Counted from the stretch's first letter, positions 35,586-47,903 are shown. The stretch is DNA of 64,000 bases from Neodothiora populina (GCF_041146345.1 NW_027191407.1:434001-498000); one strand, 5' to 3'. Notes: a model not told the origin generated them from the letters alone. A program made the numbers and translations.

Positions 35586-38381
35586 ATGTTTAACCAATCT
35601 CAGGCCGCATTCGGCCTCTCTGCAAACTTACCCAACTCTACCGCAACCAGTGTTGAAACTGGCAACAAAGATGCCGGTTTTCCTTTCTTTACAGCGGCGT
35701 CGCCATCCCGGTTTGCCCTTTCTTCACCTGTCGTAGTCAATCGCCATACTCAAGCTGGCTACCTTCGTGCACAACGCCATATATCCAGCCTCCACACTCG
35801 CGCGATCGATAATACCTTTGGTATCTATCGTACCATCGGAAGTCATTCCCCCGGCAGTATACCATCAGGGACCCTTTTACGACGTCCGCAACCACTTCTT
35901 CGACGGAAGCGTGTCAATATGGCTTTCCAGCACCAGAAAGGTATCGACGAGAAGAATGAAATGCTTCGGGGTCGTCTCTCCGGCGATCATGTGAACGCCC
36001 CGACTCGCAGAGAGAGTGAATCAAACCTCATGGTCACGATACCAGCCATGGTGCTCTCGTTCTTCGCCATCTATCTGTTGCTCAAGGACAAATTTGAGGA
36101 AGAGTATCAGGCGAGAGTCCATCGCCGTGAGATGGACATGGACGTTCCAGCACAGTACATGTACCTGAGGATCGACTTCGTATTGGATCTCATAGGTGAA
36201 ACACTCACCAAGCTACTCTTGCTTCCCTTTAGACTTTGGGGACGCATCTTCCGAGCAATTGGTATCATCAGACCCGAACACATCGTGGCACCGGCCCGAG
36301 GACTCCGCAGGCGTTTTTTAAACGCCACTGAGGAAGCGGGACACCGCGTGCACTACTACTGGGCTCTCTGGACAGACAGCCACGTATATGTCATCTTGCT
36401 CAACTGGTACATGTACTTGACATCGATGACCTTTTTGGTCAAACTTATCATCTACCCTTACTGCCTTTGGCTCTGCTTCGAGGCAGCCGGCTGGATCAAG
36501 AGAGACTTCGATCGAGCAATGGCGCAGGATTACCCTACTTCTCCGGCTGCTCATTACTTCGGCACTCGCCAAGAACTCGTCCCAAGAACGGTCCTGAATG
36601 ACGATTGCACTGTCGATCATTACGGTTACACCGTCTGCTATGATCCGAGCACCTGGAACGTCAACCCTGCCCACACGAGTGACGCGGTGTACACTCCCTG
36701 GCCAGGAAGTGAGGATGCAGTTGTCACTTCCACTACGGATGCCGTCACGACTCACTACGGACAGACGCCTGCTCCCGTACCTGCTGAAGCGGAAATATTT
36801 CCCGAGGTGCGCGCATCAATGGCCGGCAATACGTATGGTGCAACTTCGGACCCTTGGATTTCTTCGAATGAGCCTGACGACTCGAGTTCTGGAAATCCAT
36901 CTCAACCCAATGACCGCGAGCGCAGCCGCTTCAGTCGTCACAGTGAAGTTCCAGCCACTACGCCTCGCAGCCTGGTGATCCACTCAAAGACTACCGAGAA
37001 ACGGACATCACATCTCTCGAGGCAAGATGATGTCGTGGGACCCGATTCGCAATCCCTTGTTGCGCGGGTCCGCGAATCGCTCGGTTTAGGACCTTCGACC
37101 TCTAGCAAATCGATTGCTCGAACGGTCTCTGGATGGCTGTCTGAGTCAGCAGAGGCTACCAAGGCTCACGCTGAGGAGTCACATGTGGATGAGCGAGACT
37201 TCGATGTGCTTACTTCGCCACCAAGCGCAGAACAGTCTTCTGAGCTTGAAGATGAGCGAGACTTTGATACTGCCGCATCCCCGACGGGTGCTGAACGGTC
37301 TCACGAGATCCAAGATTCGCAGATCGATGAGCGATCTGACCATCAGTCTACTTCATCGGCAAGAGCGAGCAGACCCTCTGCACGAATTGAATCAGTCAGA
37401 CCGGTCGAGATACTAAAGGACGAATCGATCCCTAGTGTTCATGCGGGTACTCCTAAAGACAAGGTCTCTGACTCTAGTAGCCCCAGGCCACCTACAGGTG
37501 CACCCAAGAACGCCGTCTCTCGTCCCAGTCATTTGAAGCCTCCTGCTCCAGTAGCTCGTCCTGGGCTTATAGACAGACTATGGGCCCGCATGACGTCGAA
37601 GGATGAATTCAAGACCGAGGAAAGGTATCCAAGCTATTATTCGATCTCCAAGAAAGCTGCAACCCATGACATTCCCCCGAGTCATGAATTGCAGAAAACG
37701 GAAGTCTCAGAGGGAGGCGCATGGAAGTCAGAATGGACGTCATCTCCTGATGACTATGAAGAAAGCCACATTCCGCCTCCTGTCTCTGAGCCGTCGGTAT
37801 TTTCTCATGTCAGGTCAGTCTACGAGGAACAGCATTATTCTGATGAGCCTGCTGAAGATGCAAGGTTGTCACAACAATCTTCGCCTCTCGATCATCATGA
37901 CGAGAGCTCAAGTTCTCCTGAAGTCGCTGGATCCGCCGTACGCCCCGACACCACCTCGGACTATCAGCCACAAGGCGACACGGATGGATCAGAGGATTCA
38001 TGGCATTCAGCAACCACATTTACCTCTTCTCAACAGCACGAAGAAAGCCCAAAGTCTCTCCCAATCCAAGGATCAGCCACCTCTGAGGCAATTCGTGAGC
38101 GATCCACCGACAAAGAAAAGCCAAAGAAGAAAACCCTGATCCAACTCGAACTCGAAACCGAGTCTGAGGTGTGTGATCAATTGAAACGCAAGATGGCGGG
38201 TTCAGATAGTGAATTGGTCGTTGAGTTCGATAGCGAGGCTGTGGTACCCAAGGGATCACCGCTGCCTAAGCCGAAGAGACGTGGTGTGTGGGCTAGGGAT
38301 ATTGATTGTGAGAAGGATCACTGGAAACATTGTCGACAGTGCAAGCAGCTGCACTGTCATGAGGATGAAGCATTGAATTGA
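35586..38381 (+). CDS. Large hypothetical protein with predicted TM segments, a Ser-rich disordered region and a C-terminal Cys/His motif; start uncertain (35586 or 35919)
   Basis: 989-codon open frame; hydrophobic stretches; ends with HWKHCRQCKQLHCH. Confidence 0.65.
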   Translation: MFNQSQAAFGLSANLPNSTATSVETGNKDAGFPFFTAASPSRFALSSPVVVNRHTQAGYLRAQRHISSLHTRAIDNTFGIYRTIGSHSPGSIPSGTLLRRPQPLLRRKRVNMAFQHQKGIDEKNEMLRGRLSGDHVNAPTRRESESNLMVTIPAMVLSFFAIYLLLKDKFEEEYQARVHRREMDMDVPAQYMYLRIDFVLDLIGETLTKLLLLPFRLWGRIFRAIGIIRPEHIVAPARGLRRRFLNATEEAGHRVHYYWALWTDSHVYVILLNWYMYLTSMTFLVKLIIYPYCLWLCFEAAGWIKRDFDRAMAQDYPTSPAAHYFGTRQELVPRTVLNDDCTVDHYGYTVCYDPSTWNVNPAHTSDAVYTPWPGSEDAVVTSTTDAVTTHYGQTPAPVPAEAEIFPEVRASMAGNTYGATSDPWISSNEPDDSSSGNPSQPNDRERSRFSRHSEVPATTPRSLVIHSKTTEKRTSHLSRQDDVVGPDSQSLVARVRESLGLGPSTSSKSIARTVSGWLSESAEATKAHAEESHVDERDFDVLTSPPSAEQSSELEDERDFDTAASPTGAERSHEIQDSQIDERSDHQSTSSARASRPSARIESVRPVEILKDESIPSVHAGTPKDKVSDSSSPRPPTGAPKNAVSRPSHLKPPAPVARPGLIDRLWARMTSKDEFKTEERYPSYYSISKKAATHDIPPSHELQKTEVSEGGAWKSEWTSSPDDYEESHIPPPVSEPSVFSHVRSVYEEQHYSDEPAEDARLSQQSSPLDHHDESSSSPEVAGSAVRPDTTSDYQPQGDTDGSEDSWHSATTFTSSQQHEESPKSLPIQGSATSEAIRERSTDKEKPKKKTLIQLELETESEVCDQLKRKMAGSDSELVVEFDSEAVVPKGSPLPKPKRRGVWARDIDCEKDHWKHCRQCKQLHCHEDEALN

Positions 38382-38792
38382 CCGACGTTGGCGTGAGGTA
38401 ATCTTGGAACTAGTCTATGTGCAGGCGTTGTTGGGGCTTTTGGATGTTGTTTGAGATCTTGCAATAACTACGACATTTCTAATTATTCCTTTTCGTACAG
38501 ATTTCTTCTCACTCGCATGATCAGACTGTGGACTTGTAAGCGGGCGTGTCGCTAACCCTGAAAGTCCGGCTGCTCAGACATGGACGGATTCGGAGTAAGG
38601 AATGCTGCTCGGCATCTTCGCTAGTGCGAATGCAAGCAATACCAATAGTGAACTTTTTTGATCGCTTTGTCTTCAATATGCCATCGCTGCTCTTTGTTGA
38701 GCAACCCTCTTGATGAGGCAGAAACGAGAAATGGATCGCAAGACTAGCCACAAAGATGCTGCTTGGCTTCTTCCACGACGGTGGAAAACACC

Positions 38793-41357
38793 ATGGGATC
38801 CAGAAATATTATCACGCAGGATGAATTATTCGAAAGACTACAGTCAAGATTCCCGCAGCCAGAGTCAGACAGTCCGACACTTGCGAGCGGACAATTCGCA
38901 CTGGATCGAAGGACTGCCAGTAGGCGGGGCTCTCCCCTACACGGACGACATCAGGCAGCGTCGCCACCGTTGACGGATCATGGATCCAGAGTCAGCTCTC
39001 CTTTATCACCTACTTGGAAAGATGGCGCTCGTAGCACTGCTTCTTCTCCAGGTCCTTCTCGACCCGCGGCAGGGGCGCGCAGGGGTCCGCCGCCTGCTTT
39101 GCGTATCAAAAGATCGAGGCCCACCAGCGAGCTGTTCTTGCCAACTCCTACAGATCCGAATAAGCGGATGACCATCTTTAGGCTGCCGTCGACAGTGGCC
39201 CAAGGGACACAAAAGACAATGTCGAATGAGTTGTTCCTGCCCGACCCTTCTGGACCAATAGGAAAGGCTGCCGAGGATGCAGTCGATGAGCCCGCCTCGC
39301 CTGAAGAGCCTCCTCTCTCCCCAATATCTGCAGCCTTGTCCAAGGCCAGATTTTCTCGACTAGATGTCCCCAGCTCTGTCCGGCGCGTTATCAAGAATGT
39401 CAATGTCATTACTGAACATCCTGCTGTCTTTCACGCACTCGGTACTGCTACGCCGATGCTAGCTATGGAGAGAGCAGCGACTGTGCCTCTACCTCGGCAA
39501 CGTCCGCTGAGCTCAGCGACCGTCAAGACTTTCAGATCTGTTCCCATCAGGGTAAGTAGCAACAGAACTGGGGGTGGTCGCTCGGCTACCTATGCGAGAA
39601 GGCCTCTGACGGAGATGCTGAAGAAGCGAGGAGCGCGGTTTTCTGGCATCGACAAGGACTTGGCAGCTACTAAACGTGCCACTGCACTCACCATCAAGCA
39701 GAAGTCAACAAATATTTCGGTTTCAGTTCCTGATTCGCCAGATCAGCCAAAGCAGAACATTCAAGGTAGACCAGCCCCGTCGTTTTTGCCATGGCGCAGG
39801 AAGAGAAAGGGCGAGACGATGAGCATGTTGCTCGACGCTGGCTTTTTCCCGGTCAATGAGTATATCTACAATAAAGATGCTGGAAATCCACAGAAGGGGC
39901 ATATGTCGAAGAAGAGAAAAGCACTGAGCATCATGATCAAAGATCTTCCCGCTTCGCCGTTTTCGATCGTTGGGACGCCCACTGGATTCTATGATCGCGT
40001 ACCCTTGAGTCCACGACGTCACATACGGGCCAGTGGCAGGAGAAGTCTCATGTCCAGGAGGAGGGTGTTAGGGCAGCTCAAATCTCCTGTTACTCCTCTG
40101 GCACCACTGAGTCTTCCCAGTGTGGACTTGACATCAACTTCGCCACTCTCAGTCGAACCTGCAACTCCATCGGGTCCCGCAGGTGCGCTATTCACTCTCA
40201 CCGGACAGCCTGCGTCCCCAATATCCCCACCAGAAATCTCACCTGGTGTTCTGGAAGTTATTCACGAAGACGGCACAGTGTCTGAGGATTTCCAAGATGC
40301 TCCAGTCGACAACGACGATGATCTGGCCCTCATCACAGAGGAACCAGAGGATATCGCCCCTGATGTCCCTATCAGAACAGAGATCCACCTGACTTCCGGT
40401 ACTGTCCTCACCGTCAATCCTCCAGAATTATCCTCATGGACGCAAAGCATTTATATCCCGGGGCCAATCAAGTTGCAGGCGCCTGACATCCTGGCTGTAC
40501 GGAAAGATAGCATTGCGTCTCTTGCTCCATTCCAGTCTGCTGTCGACGATATATACGATCAAGCGCTGAAGGTCCCTCGTCGTGCAAGTGAAAGCCAGGC
40601 GGTCGAAGATGTTTTGGACTGGTACGATGACTGGGGCTTTGGTCTCCCGTCTTTCGCACATGACGCGCTCGCAGGTCGTGATGGAATCGATCCACACGAA
40701 CTCGACGAGAACTCTCTGCCTACTCCTGTCGACAAGGAGACGTCGTCCCACATATCCGGGCTAGAACATCATTTCGCGGACGGAAGAAGAGACGAAAAGC
40801 CTACCATTCCTCCACGCAACCTTCCCTCAGACACAATAGAACCCAGCTCGCACACCTCGGCCCCCTCATCTCACCGTAGAACGTCAAGCGCCGCAACCCC
40901 CCACCATATCTCCATCCTGTCCACTCTGTCTCCAGTATCAGAAAACACGCCAACACCACGCACAACCAACACCACCAGCTCCATCTCGCCGCCGTCGGAA
41001 AACAAAGCAGCAATACCAACTGCCAAACCCGACAGGAAACACTCAACGCCCCAGTGGATTGACTCGGACGACGAGTCCGAAAACAGCGACAACAATGTCT
41101 CCTCGCTGCCCCACTGGTTGCTACCCAGTAGCCACTCGCACTCTGGCGTGCGGGAGATAGCAGGGAGTAGGAAACCAAGTGGTGGAAAGGGAGACGAAAC
41201 GGGTATGATTACGGAAAAGACGAACATCAGCGCTGGAGAGCTCAGTAGTGCAGCGGGACACCGGGCTCAGGGAAAGAAAAGGAAAAGTCATGGCAGGGGT
41301 TTCGGGTACAGGAGGTTTGTGGCCGGGAGTGCTGGGACGAGGTTTCAGCGTTCTTGA
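38793..41357 (+). CDS. Hypothetical Pro/Ser/Arg-rich fungal protein; start uncertain
   Basis: 864-codon open frame. Ordered-looking blocks ETMSMLLDAGFFP and IHLTSGTVLTVNPPELSSW..YIPGPIKL lie within disordered sequence. Confidence 0.7.
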   Translation: MGSRNIITQDELFERLQSRFPQPESDSPTLASGQFALDRRTASRRGSPLHGRHQAASPPLTDHGSRVSSPLSPTWKDGARSTASSPGPSRPAAGARRGPPPALRIKRSRPTSELFLPTPTDPNKRMTIFRLPSTVAQGTQKTMSNELFLPDPSGPIGKAAEDAVDEPASPEEPPLSPISAALSKARFSRLDVPSSVRRVIKNVNVITEHPAVFHALGTATPMLAMERAATVPLPRQRPLSSATVKTFRSVPIRVSSNRTGGGRSATYARRPLTEMLKKRGARFSGIDKDLAATKRATALTIKQKSTNISVSVPDSPDQPKQNIQGRPAPSFLPWRRKRKGETMSMLLDAGFFPVNEYIYNKDAGNPQKGHMSKKRKALSIMIKDLPASPFSIVGTPTGFYDRVPLSPRRHIRASGRRSLMSRRRVLGQLKSPVTPLAPLSLPSVDLTSTSPLSVEPATPSGPAGALFTLTGQPASPISPPEISPGVLEVIHEDGTVSEDFQDAPVDNDDDLALITEEPEDIAPDVPIRTEIHLTSGTVLTVNPPELSSWTQSIYIPGPIKLQAPDILAVRKDSIASLAPFQSAVDDIYDQALKVPRRASESQAVEDVLDWYDDWGFGLPSFAHDALAGRDGIDPHELDENSLPTPVDKETSSHISGLEHHFADGRRDEKPTIPPRNLPSDTIEPSSHTSAPSSHRRTSSAATPHHISILSTLSPVSENTPTPRTTNTTSSISPPSENKAAIPTAKPDRKHSTPQWIDSDDESENSDNNVSSLPHWLLPSSHSHSGVREIAGSRKPSGGKGDETGMITEKTNISAGELSSAAGHRAQGKKRKSHGRGFGYRRFVAGSAGTRFQRS

Positions 41358-42265
41358 TGGGTCAGTGAGTGGGCAGTCACTGGTTTGGATTATGTATAGA
41401 TGGCTTAGAGGCCGCAGTGCAATACATGCAGTGTTTCTCCAATGCCCTGGTCTTATTTCTGATCTTTCTCGTGTAATGTACATATATATGCGCATCATCA
41501 AACTCCGAACAATCGCGCGTGTAAAACAGACAAGTGATCATCTCGCGAAGGACTTGCCATGAGGAATCTCCTTTTCCAGACAGGAAAGAGGTTGAACGCC
41601 CAATACTGTAGCAGCCACGAAGTGTATAGTGAGTACAAAGTGAATGAGTGCAATAAGCGTAGTGAGCAAAGGACAGGGTCGCGTTCCCTCCGCTCTCCGG
41701 CCCCAAATCGATGAAACATCAATCAATGAATGGATCTACACCGTCGTTGGATACGTGCCACCTGGACGCGATGATCCTGATGTATACACATATGCATATA
41801 TGCATATATACATCCCGTACCACAAACACTGACAAACCCCACAATCAGATACCTTGATTTGCGCGGAAAGACACTACACCAGCTACACTGATGTGACATG
41901 CACTACCTCAGGCCATTCACGCACTGAACTCCATTGCGGTGCGGCGAAGACCACGCCCGTAGTCATAGCGTAGCCATAGCATAGCATAGCATCACTGCCT
42001 CCTTCCAGCAAAACGCTCTTCCCGTTCCGCCCTTCTGTTTGCCTTCCCATGAGATACTCGACGCGGCTAAGAGGTGGGTTCGAACCCTAGACACGGTGAG
42101 CGAGTTTCGGCAAGCTATACGTACGGTGCGCATTCGCGCGGTATAGTGTGTGTATACGGGAGCTCTGCGATTCGATTCTTGAGGAGCCTGTGCTGGGAAA
42201 GAGCACCACGCTGACAGGGTTTGGTTTGATGGTTCGTTATGGATCTCTGATGCGGCGGCGCGATT

Positions 42266-42307
42266 GGGGTTTGGGGGGGGTGGGGAGGGGGGGGGGGGGG
42301 GGGGGGG
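42266..42307 (+). repeat. G-tract cluster (potential G-quadruplex)
   Basis: GGGG TTT G8 T GGGG A G21. Confidence 0.8.
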
Positions 42308-42957
42308 TTTGGCGTTTGAACGTTAAAGTCTTCGTCAATCGGGCTTGGTATCGATGGGAAGACATAAGACGCGAGAGGGGATGCGAGAAAGTGATGAGAG
42401 AAGAATAAGCAGGTTCGGAAAGACTACGATATATCCTCGACACCGCGCGTGAAATACCCCAAGTACTTACTAGAAGCGTTTACACAGGCAAAGGACAGAT
42501 GTTGGAAACTTTTTTTTGGAATTCATTCGTTGTTTTTGATCATTTGGAGCATTCCCCATATACCAAGGATTCGTCGGGTGGGTAGACAATAAATACATAA
42601 AGACCGAACATGATCATATCAGTCGAGTTGGACTGCGCCGGAAACGACTTCCTGCAAGACAACATAAAAACCCTGCTCCACTTTGCCTTGCTTAAAAGCA
42701 ACGCTCAAAGAGAAAAAAAAGAGATACAATTTCTGGTATCGTTAACAAAATCTCAAGGACTCAGGTCCGAGAGGGGGTGATTTGAGATAGAAGAATTTCC
42801 ACACAAATAGGAAAAGAAAATCCGGAGAGGGAGGGGGGAACTGATATTTCTCTTTTGCAGAGAAGAAAACTCCGTTTCGCTCGTTGACGCTCGCTCGCTT
42901 CATGACGTTAAGAAAGACCTCGTATCGAATTTCGCTCGGTTTGTGAGGTTGAGACAT

Positions 42958-44579
42958 CTATGAGCGAGATCTCCTCTTCATGCCGACCATGCACTCGAGA
43001 GGCTTGCGCAGGAAACCCTCCTTGGTCTCGAGGGTGTCCTGGTAGAGCTCGAACTCGTAATTGTGGAAGACGGTGCTGACAATGAGTGCGAGCTCCATCT
43101 CAGCGACGTTACGGCCGACACAAGCGCGAGGGCCGTAGCTGAAGGGGATGAATGCGGCCTTTTGACTGTGGAATTAGTTAGCAGTGTTTTTGAATAATAT
43201 AAATAACAGAAAAACTTACGCCTCAGTGACTTTCTCCCATCGCTCGGGTCTGAACTCTTCGGCGTCGGGGCCCCAGATCTCCTTGCTGTGGTGGATGGTG
43301 TAGCTGGGAACACTGAGGACAATGTCGGCAGGGAAGTGACGGCCAAGAACGTTGGCACCACCGGGAGGGACCACGCGAGGAAGACCGAGAGAAGAGGTAG
43401 AGTGAATACGCATGGTCTCCTTGATGACGTTGTCAAGGTATGACAGGTCTCTGACTTGCTCGAACATGGGGACATCTTGGGAAGCAGGAATAGCGGCGTC
43501 GACCTCGGCTTGAAGCTTGGCAACAACCTTGGGGTTCTTGAGACAGTGGAAGAGGATGGCGCATGAGGTGTTGGAAGTGGTGTCAGAACCGGCGATCAGC
43601 TGAGTCAAAGCCTCAGCAGTCAGTTCCTGACGACCAAGCTTGTTTCCGTTCTCGTCCTTACCCTCCTGGAGGCGAGCGAGGAGATCGACACGGCCTTCCT
43701 GGGGGTTCTCCAGTCTTTGCTTGACACGAGCGATAGCGATACCAGCAAGGTTCTCGACAGCCTCGATACCTTTGCTAAAGAAGGGGTCAGGAAGGTACTT
43801 GGCGTAAGGCTTGATCCAAGGCCAGCATCCAATGGCACCAGAGACCTCGCCTCTTCTGTTCAGAACCTCAATGGCAGGAGCGAACCTGGCAGGCTTGTCG
43901 GGAGACTCTCTGACCTCGGCGAAATCCTGGCCCTTCTCGAGCATACCGAAAGGAGCACCGAAAGCAAGATCACCAATGATGTCGAAGGCAGTGTAGTTGA
44001 ACCAGTTCAAGCTGTCGATCTTGGCGTAACCTCCAGAAGCTTCCTTGGACATCTTGTCCCATTGGGTGACCAACATCTCCAGGTTGTGGTGCATGTACTG
44101 TTCAAACTGAAGGATGGACTTGGCGCTGAAGGTGTGGGAGACCGTCTTGCGCTTACGGGTGTGCTCTGCTCTGTCACGAGTGTTGAAGAGACCACGCTGA
44201 ATGCTAACGAAAGCATCATAGTATTCACTGTGGACGGGAGTCTTAGAGCAGGCAACGACTAGATGAGTAAAAAGAAAACTTACCTCTTCAGGAAGCCGGT
44301 GCCGTGACCGTAGATTTGAGGAATGGCAGCAGGGTCGGCAATCGAGACGTGGTGAGGCTGGATACGGACCATCGTACCAAGCTTCTTGTGCTGCTCATCC
44401 ACAGCCAGGTATCGAACACCTTTCCTGGCCTGCCACATCAACCACAGGTTGGTAAAGGCAGCAGGGAAAGGTGCTGGAATGTCTCTGATCGAGGCATTGC
44501 GAATGTAAGGAAGGACATAAAACAGAATGGGGATCGCTAGAAGCGTCCACGGAGTGAGGAGAAGGTCGACAATAGCCAT
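42958..44579 (-). CDS. bphA: Benzoate 4-monooxygenase, CYP53; 3 exons (44284-44579, 43220-44227, 42958-43165)
   Basis: IYGHGTGFLKSEYYDAFVSI, LNRRGEVS, EALTQLIAGSDTTSN, ETMRIHSTSSLGLPR, FSYGPRACVGRN, EGFLRKP. Confidence 0.94.
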
Positions 44580-45508
44580 TTTTCTTTGCTAGAGATCTGA
44601 TGCTGATGGAGGAACAGAGTGAAGGAAAAAAAAGGCTCTTGATCCTATTGACCTAACTTTGACACGCGAGCTGTCTCTGCTTATAATACCTGAGCAAGGG
44701 ACAGCCGATATCTGTTCTGCTCGCTGCCGGTGCTAGATCAGCGGTTGCCCATGCGCGAACCTTCGTCCTTGGTGTGGACCAGTCAAGCCAGAAGAGGAGG
44801 TAATACCCCGCACATCCAGACCCCAGAATTTTGCGGCGCTGGGGAAAAGCCTCTTTTACTTTCCGAGTATCACCCGGCGGCGGAGGAAGCTGGAGATGCA
44901 TCATGGAGATGTGGAACATCTTGCGGAGAATCAGCGGGTGGAGCGGACATGGCGGAAGTTGCGGACGATATCTTGCACAAAGTCGACTTGTGCACTGTAT
45001 AGTCGCGCACAAACGCGCAAACTTGGCAGCCGTGGTTTTTACCAACGCGCCGGCAGACCTATTATTTAATATCGGCTTCATCTAGCCTGGTCAGCATGAC
45101 CATTCCAAGATTTCCACATGCATGCCATTGCTTGCATGGACCCACCCCCTGTTTTAGCTTGTCATCACAAGCGACATCATTGGCACATCTGCAAAACGCA
45201 CGCACAGACGGGTAGAACGAGAAACAACGTGGGGTAATCAATTGTATGGGGCAGGGAGCCGATCATGTGGAGTGCATTTGGTCATAATTGGTAGCTGACT
45301 CGCCAACTGCTTTCTAGTGGTGACAGTGGCCCGGAGTGTGCAACCGACTGTTTTGAGTTTTTGGAAAGCACACTGCTAACGCGTAGAGGCGAACATGTCA
45401 TGGCGATTGCTGCGGCCATCTAAAAAAAAAAGTCCATCGAATAGCTGAATGCATCACCCAAGTACGTGGACATCTTCGTAACACTAGGCAGGTTGGTCAT
45501 GGTCATGC

Positions 45509-47903
45509 TCAAAAAATCACTTCCCGATGGCCCATCGGCATGCTTCTCTTCGTACCCGCGGCAACATACCCGCGAGCTTGGACATCTGCACTCGAGGTGC
45601 CAGCAACCTCCAGCACGCTGATGCTGAGGTTAGGCAGATAGAATGTGAAAGCTCCGGCGGAAGAGGCGGTCAAAATGGTTGAATTTCCTTTTACGATGTC
45701 GCTGCCAATGTCATTGTAGCTGTATGCGCCGGGCGCGGTCAGCACTGTTAGATTGGCTGTGGTCCCTGCGTTTATGCTGTTGAAAGACACCGTCATGGGC
45801 ACATCGCCTGTGCTGTTGTATACAGCTGTCTTGAGTATGTGCGATCCACGGTCATCATTGACTCCTGCCACCCAGTATGCAGGGCCAAAGGCCCCTCCGG
45901 AAGTGGGCAGTGTTTCTGTAATACGAACTTCAGACATCAGTTGCAGCATATGCCAGCTGGTGGAGAGGACGTCTTGTGACGGGTCGGCAGTATATGAAAT
46001 CAAATCCGGGGCCCACTGCCATTTGTTGAGATTCTGAAAAGTGGGTGCCTATGACGGGTCAACAGCTTCCGTCATGGTCGCGACTTGGGGGGCCGGAGAT
46101 CCGACTCACATATGAAGCACCCAGTATATTATCTGCATTGCGCTCAGCACCGATTAGGAAAATTGCTTCTGCCACCGTGCCGATCCAGAACGGAAACGAA
46201 GACCGAGCTTCGTCCCAACTTACTCCAGCTTGACCGGCCTCGTTGGATTGAACTATGGCATATTCACCTACGCAACTCGTGAGCTCTGCCCGATCTCGAT
46301 CATCAAGGATACCATTCGTACCAATGAGAATAGGGTGGCGCCTGTCCATGTTGTCGAAGAAGTCGAACTGTCCAACCATGTGATCTGGACGAGTGTACTT
46401 TGGTCGAGTCAGTATTATTGTCCTTCAGCACATCCAGGGGGCTGTGTATCCTACTTGATGGTAATCTCCAGATGCATTTTCTGAGAATGGATCAACTGCA
46501 ACGGTAGAAGCTATGATTGTAATATCTGGATATGCACCGTGTATTGCGTTGTAGAAGTCCGGAAAACGGTACGACGAGTAAGATCCATTACCTTTGTTGA
46601 GGTTATCCTCGTTGCCAACCTAGGACACTTTAGCACGGATGTCAGTCTTTAGTACGCCCACCATGCTCACCTCAACATATTTGATTGAAAACGGGTCCGG
46701 ATAGCCTAGGGACGCTCTGAGAGCACCGTAAGGAGTATCTGTGGAGCCCATCAAGAACTCCAGTTCATCGAGCGCGTACTGTACGTAGGTTTGAAGAGAC
46801 GTGTTCGAGACTACGGTGTCATCAAGGTACAGTCCAGACCAGACCGCGAGAACCGGTTCAATTTCTAGGTCTTCACACCACCACAGAAACTCGACAAGGC
46901 CAAGACCGTCCGTATTCTCATAGGTCCACGTTCCTGGGCGACCTGGACGATCTTTCAGAGGTCCGATTGTTTGGTTCCTGCTAGACCGTCAACAAGCTCG
47001 ACTGCGGGCCTAAACAACGACTTTGACGTACCAATACCATAGATATGGAGGATGATCACCTTCAATATTGTTGCCGCCAGGCAAACGCAGGAACGACGGA
47101 TTTAAGCCAGCTAGTGCTTCCATGAGGTCAACTCTCATCCCGTTAGGACGGTCCTTGTACGTGGGCGGGAAGAGACTGATCAAATGGAAATCGAGCGAGC
47201 TACCGGACACCGCCGCAGCATCAAACGTGATGATCAAAGAGTTGTTTGAATTTGGCGCAGCTGCGTCAGGAATGAGCGTATAATTATACTCACTCCATTT
47301 ACTGGACGAAGTCCTGGCCGAAATGACGGCACTTCCGAAGGTTTCGTTGGTGATGTCAGAAACCAGAGCTGCTCGAAAGGAACCATTATAGTCTCCCTTG
47401 ACCCAAAAAGACCCGCTGTACTTTTGTACTCGGACATCGATACCCCACCAGCCGCTGACTGCGTGTTAGTCCCTCACTTGATGCTAACATCGAATATACA
47501 TACGAGTTGGCGAAGCCCACTGCCCCGACTGTAGCATTCGAAGCTGCTACTCTCATTGATGTAGGCAATACATCAGAGAGAGGAATTGACAGATTCTGAA
47601 GAGACAGAACCGCCCCATTAACTGGTTTCCATGCTGTCAGGTTTGAAGGGTAGACTGGGCTACCCTGGAAGGCGCGATTGCGGACCAGCTCAGCGTATAT
47701 ACCGCCATCTCCAGAGAAGTTGATGTCCTGGTTTCGAGTTAACATTATCATGACTCGGTCTGGTGCAATGGTCTTCTTGCCTCGAACATGAGGCCATATT
47801 GCAGAGGGCTTGTCACATTGCCTCCATTTGGGGCCACGGTTAGGTTCAATGCACTGACGAAAGCAGCCGATATGGCTACTAAGATCGCAATACTACGAGA
47901 CAT
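45509..47903 (-). CDS. abfA: Secreted GH51 alpha-L-arabinofuranosidase; 8 exons (47781-47903, 47504-47727, 47032-47454, 46671-46977, 46455-46619, 46322-46397, 46110-46267, 45509-46048)
   Basis: Signal peptide; [65 protein letters not shown]. Confidence 0.92.

Noticed and set aside
42076..42090. GGGTTCGAACCC palindrome as a tRNA T-loop, or AACCCTA as a telomerase RNA template
   Set aside because: No A box or cloverleaf, and AACCCTAG does not extend to the 1.5-repeat template needed.
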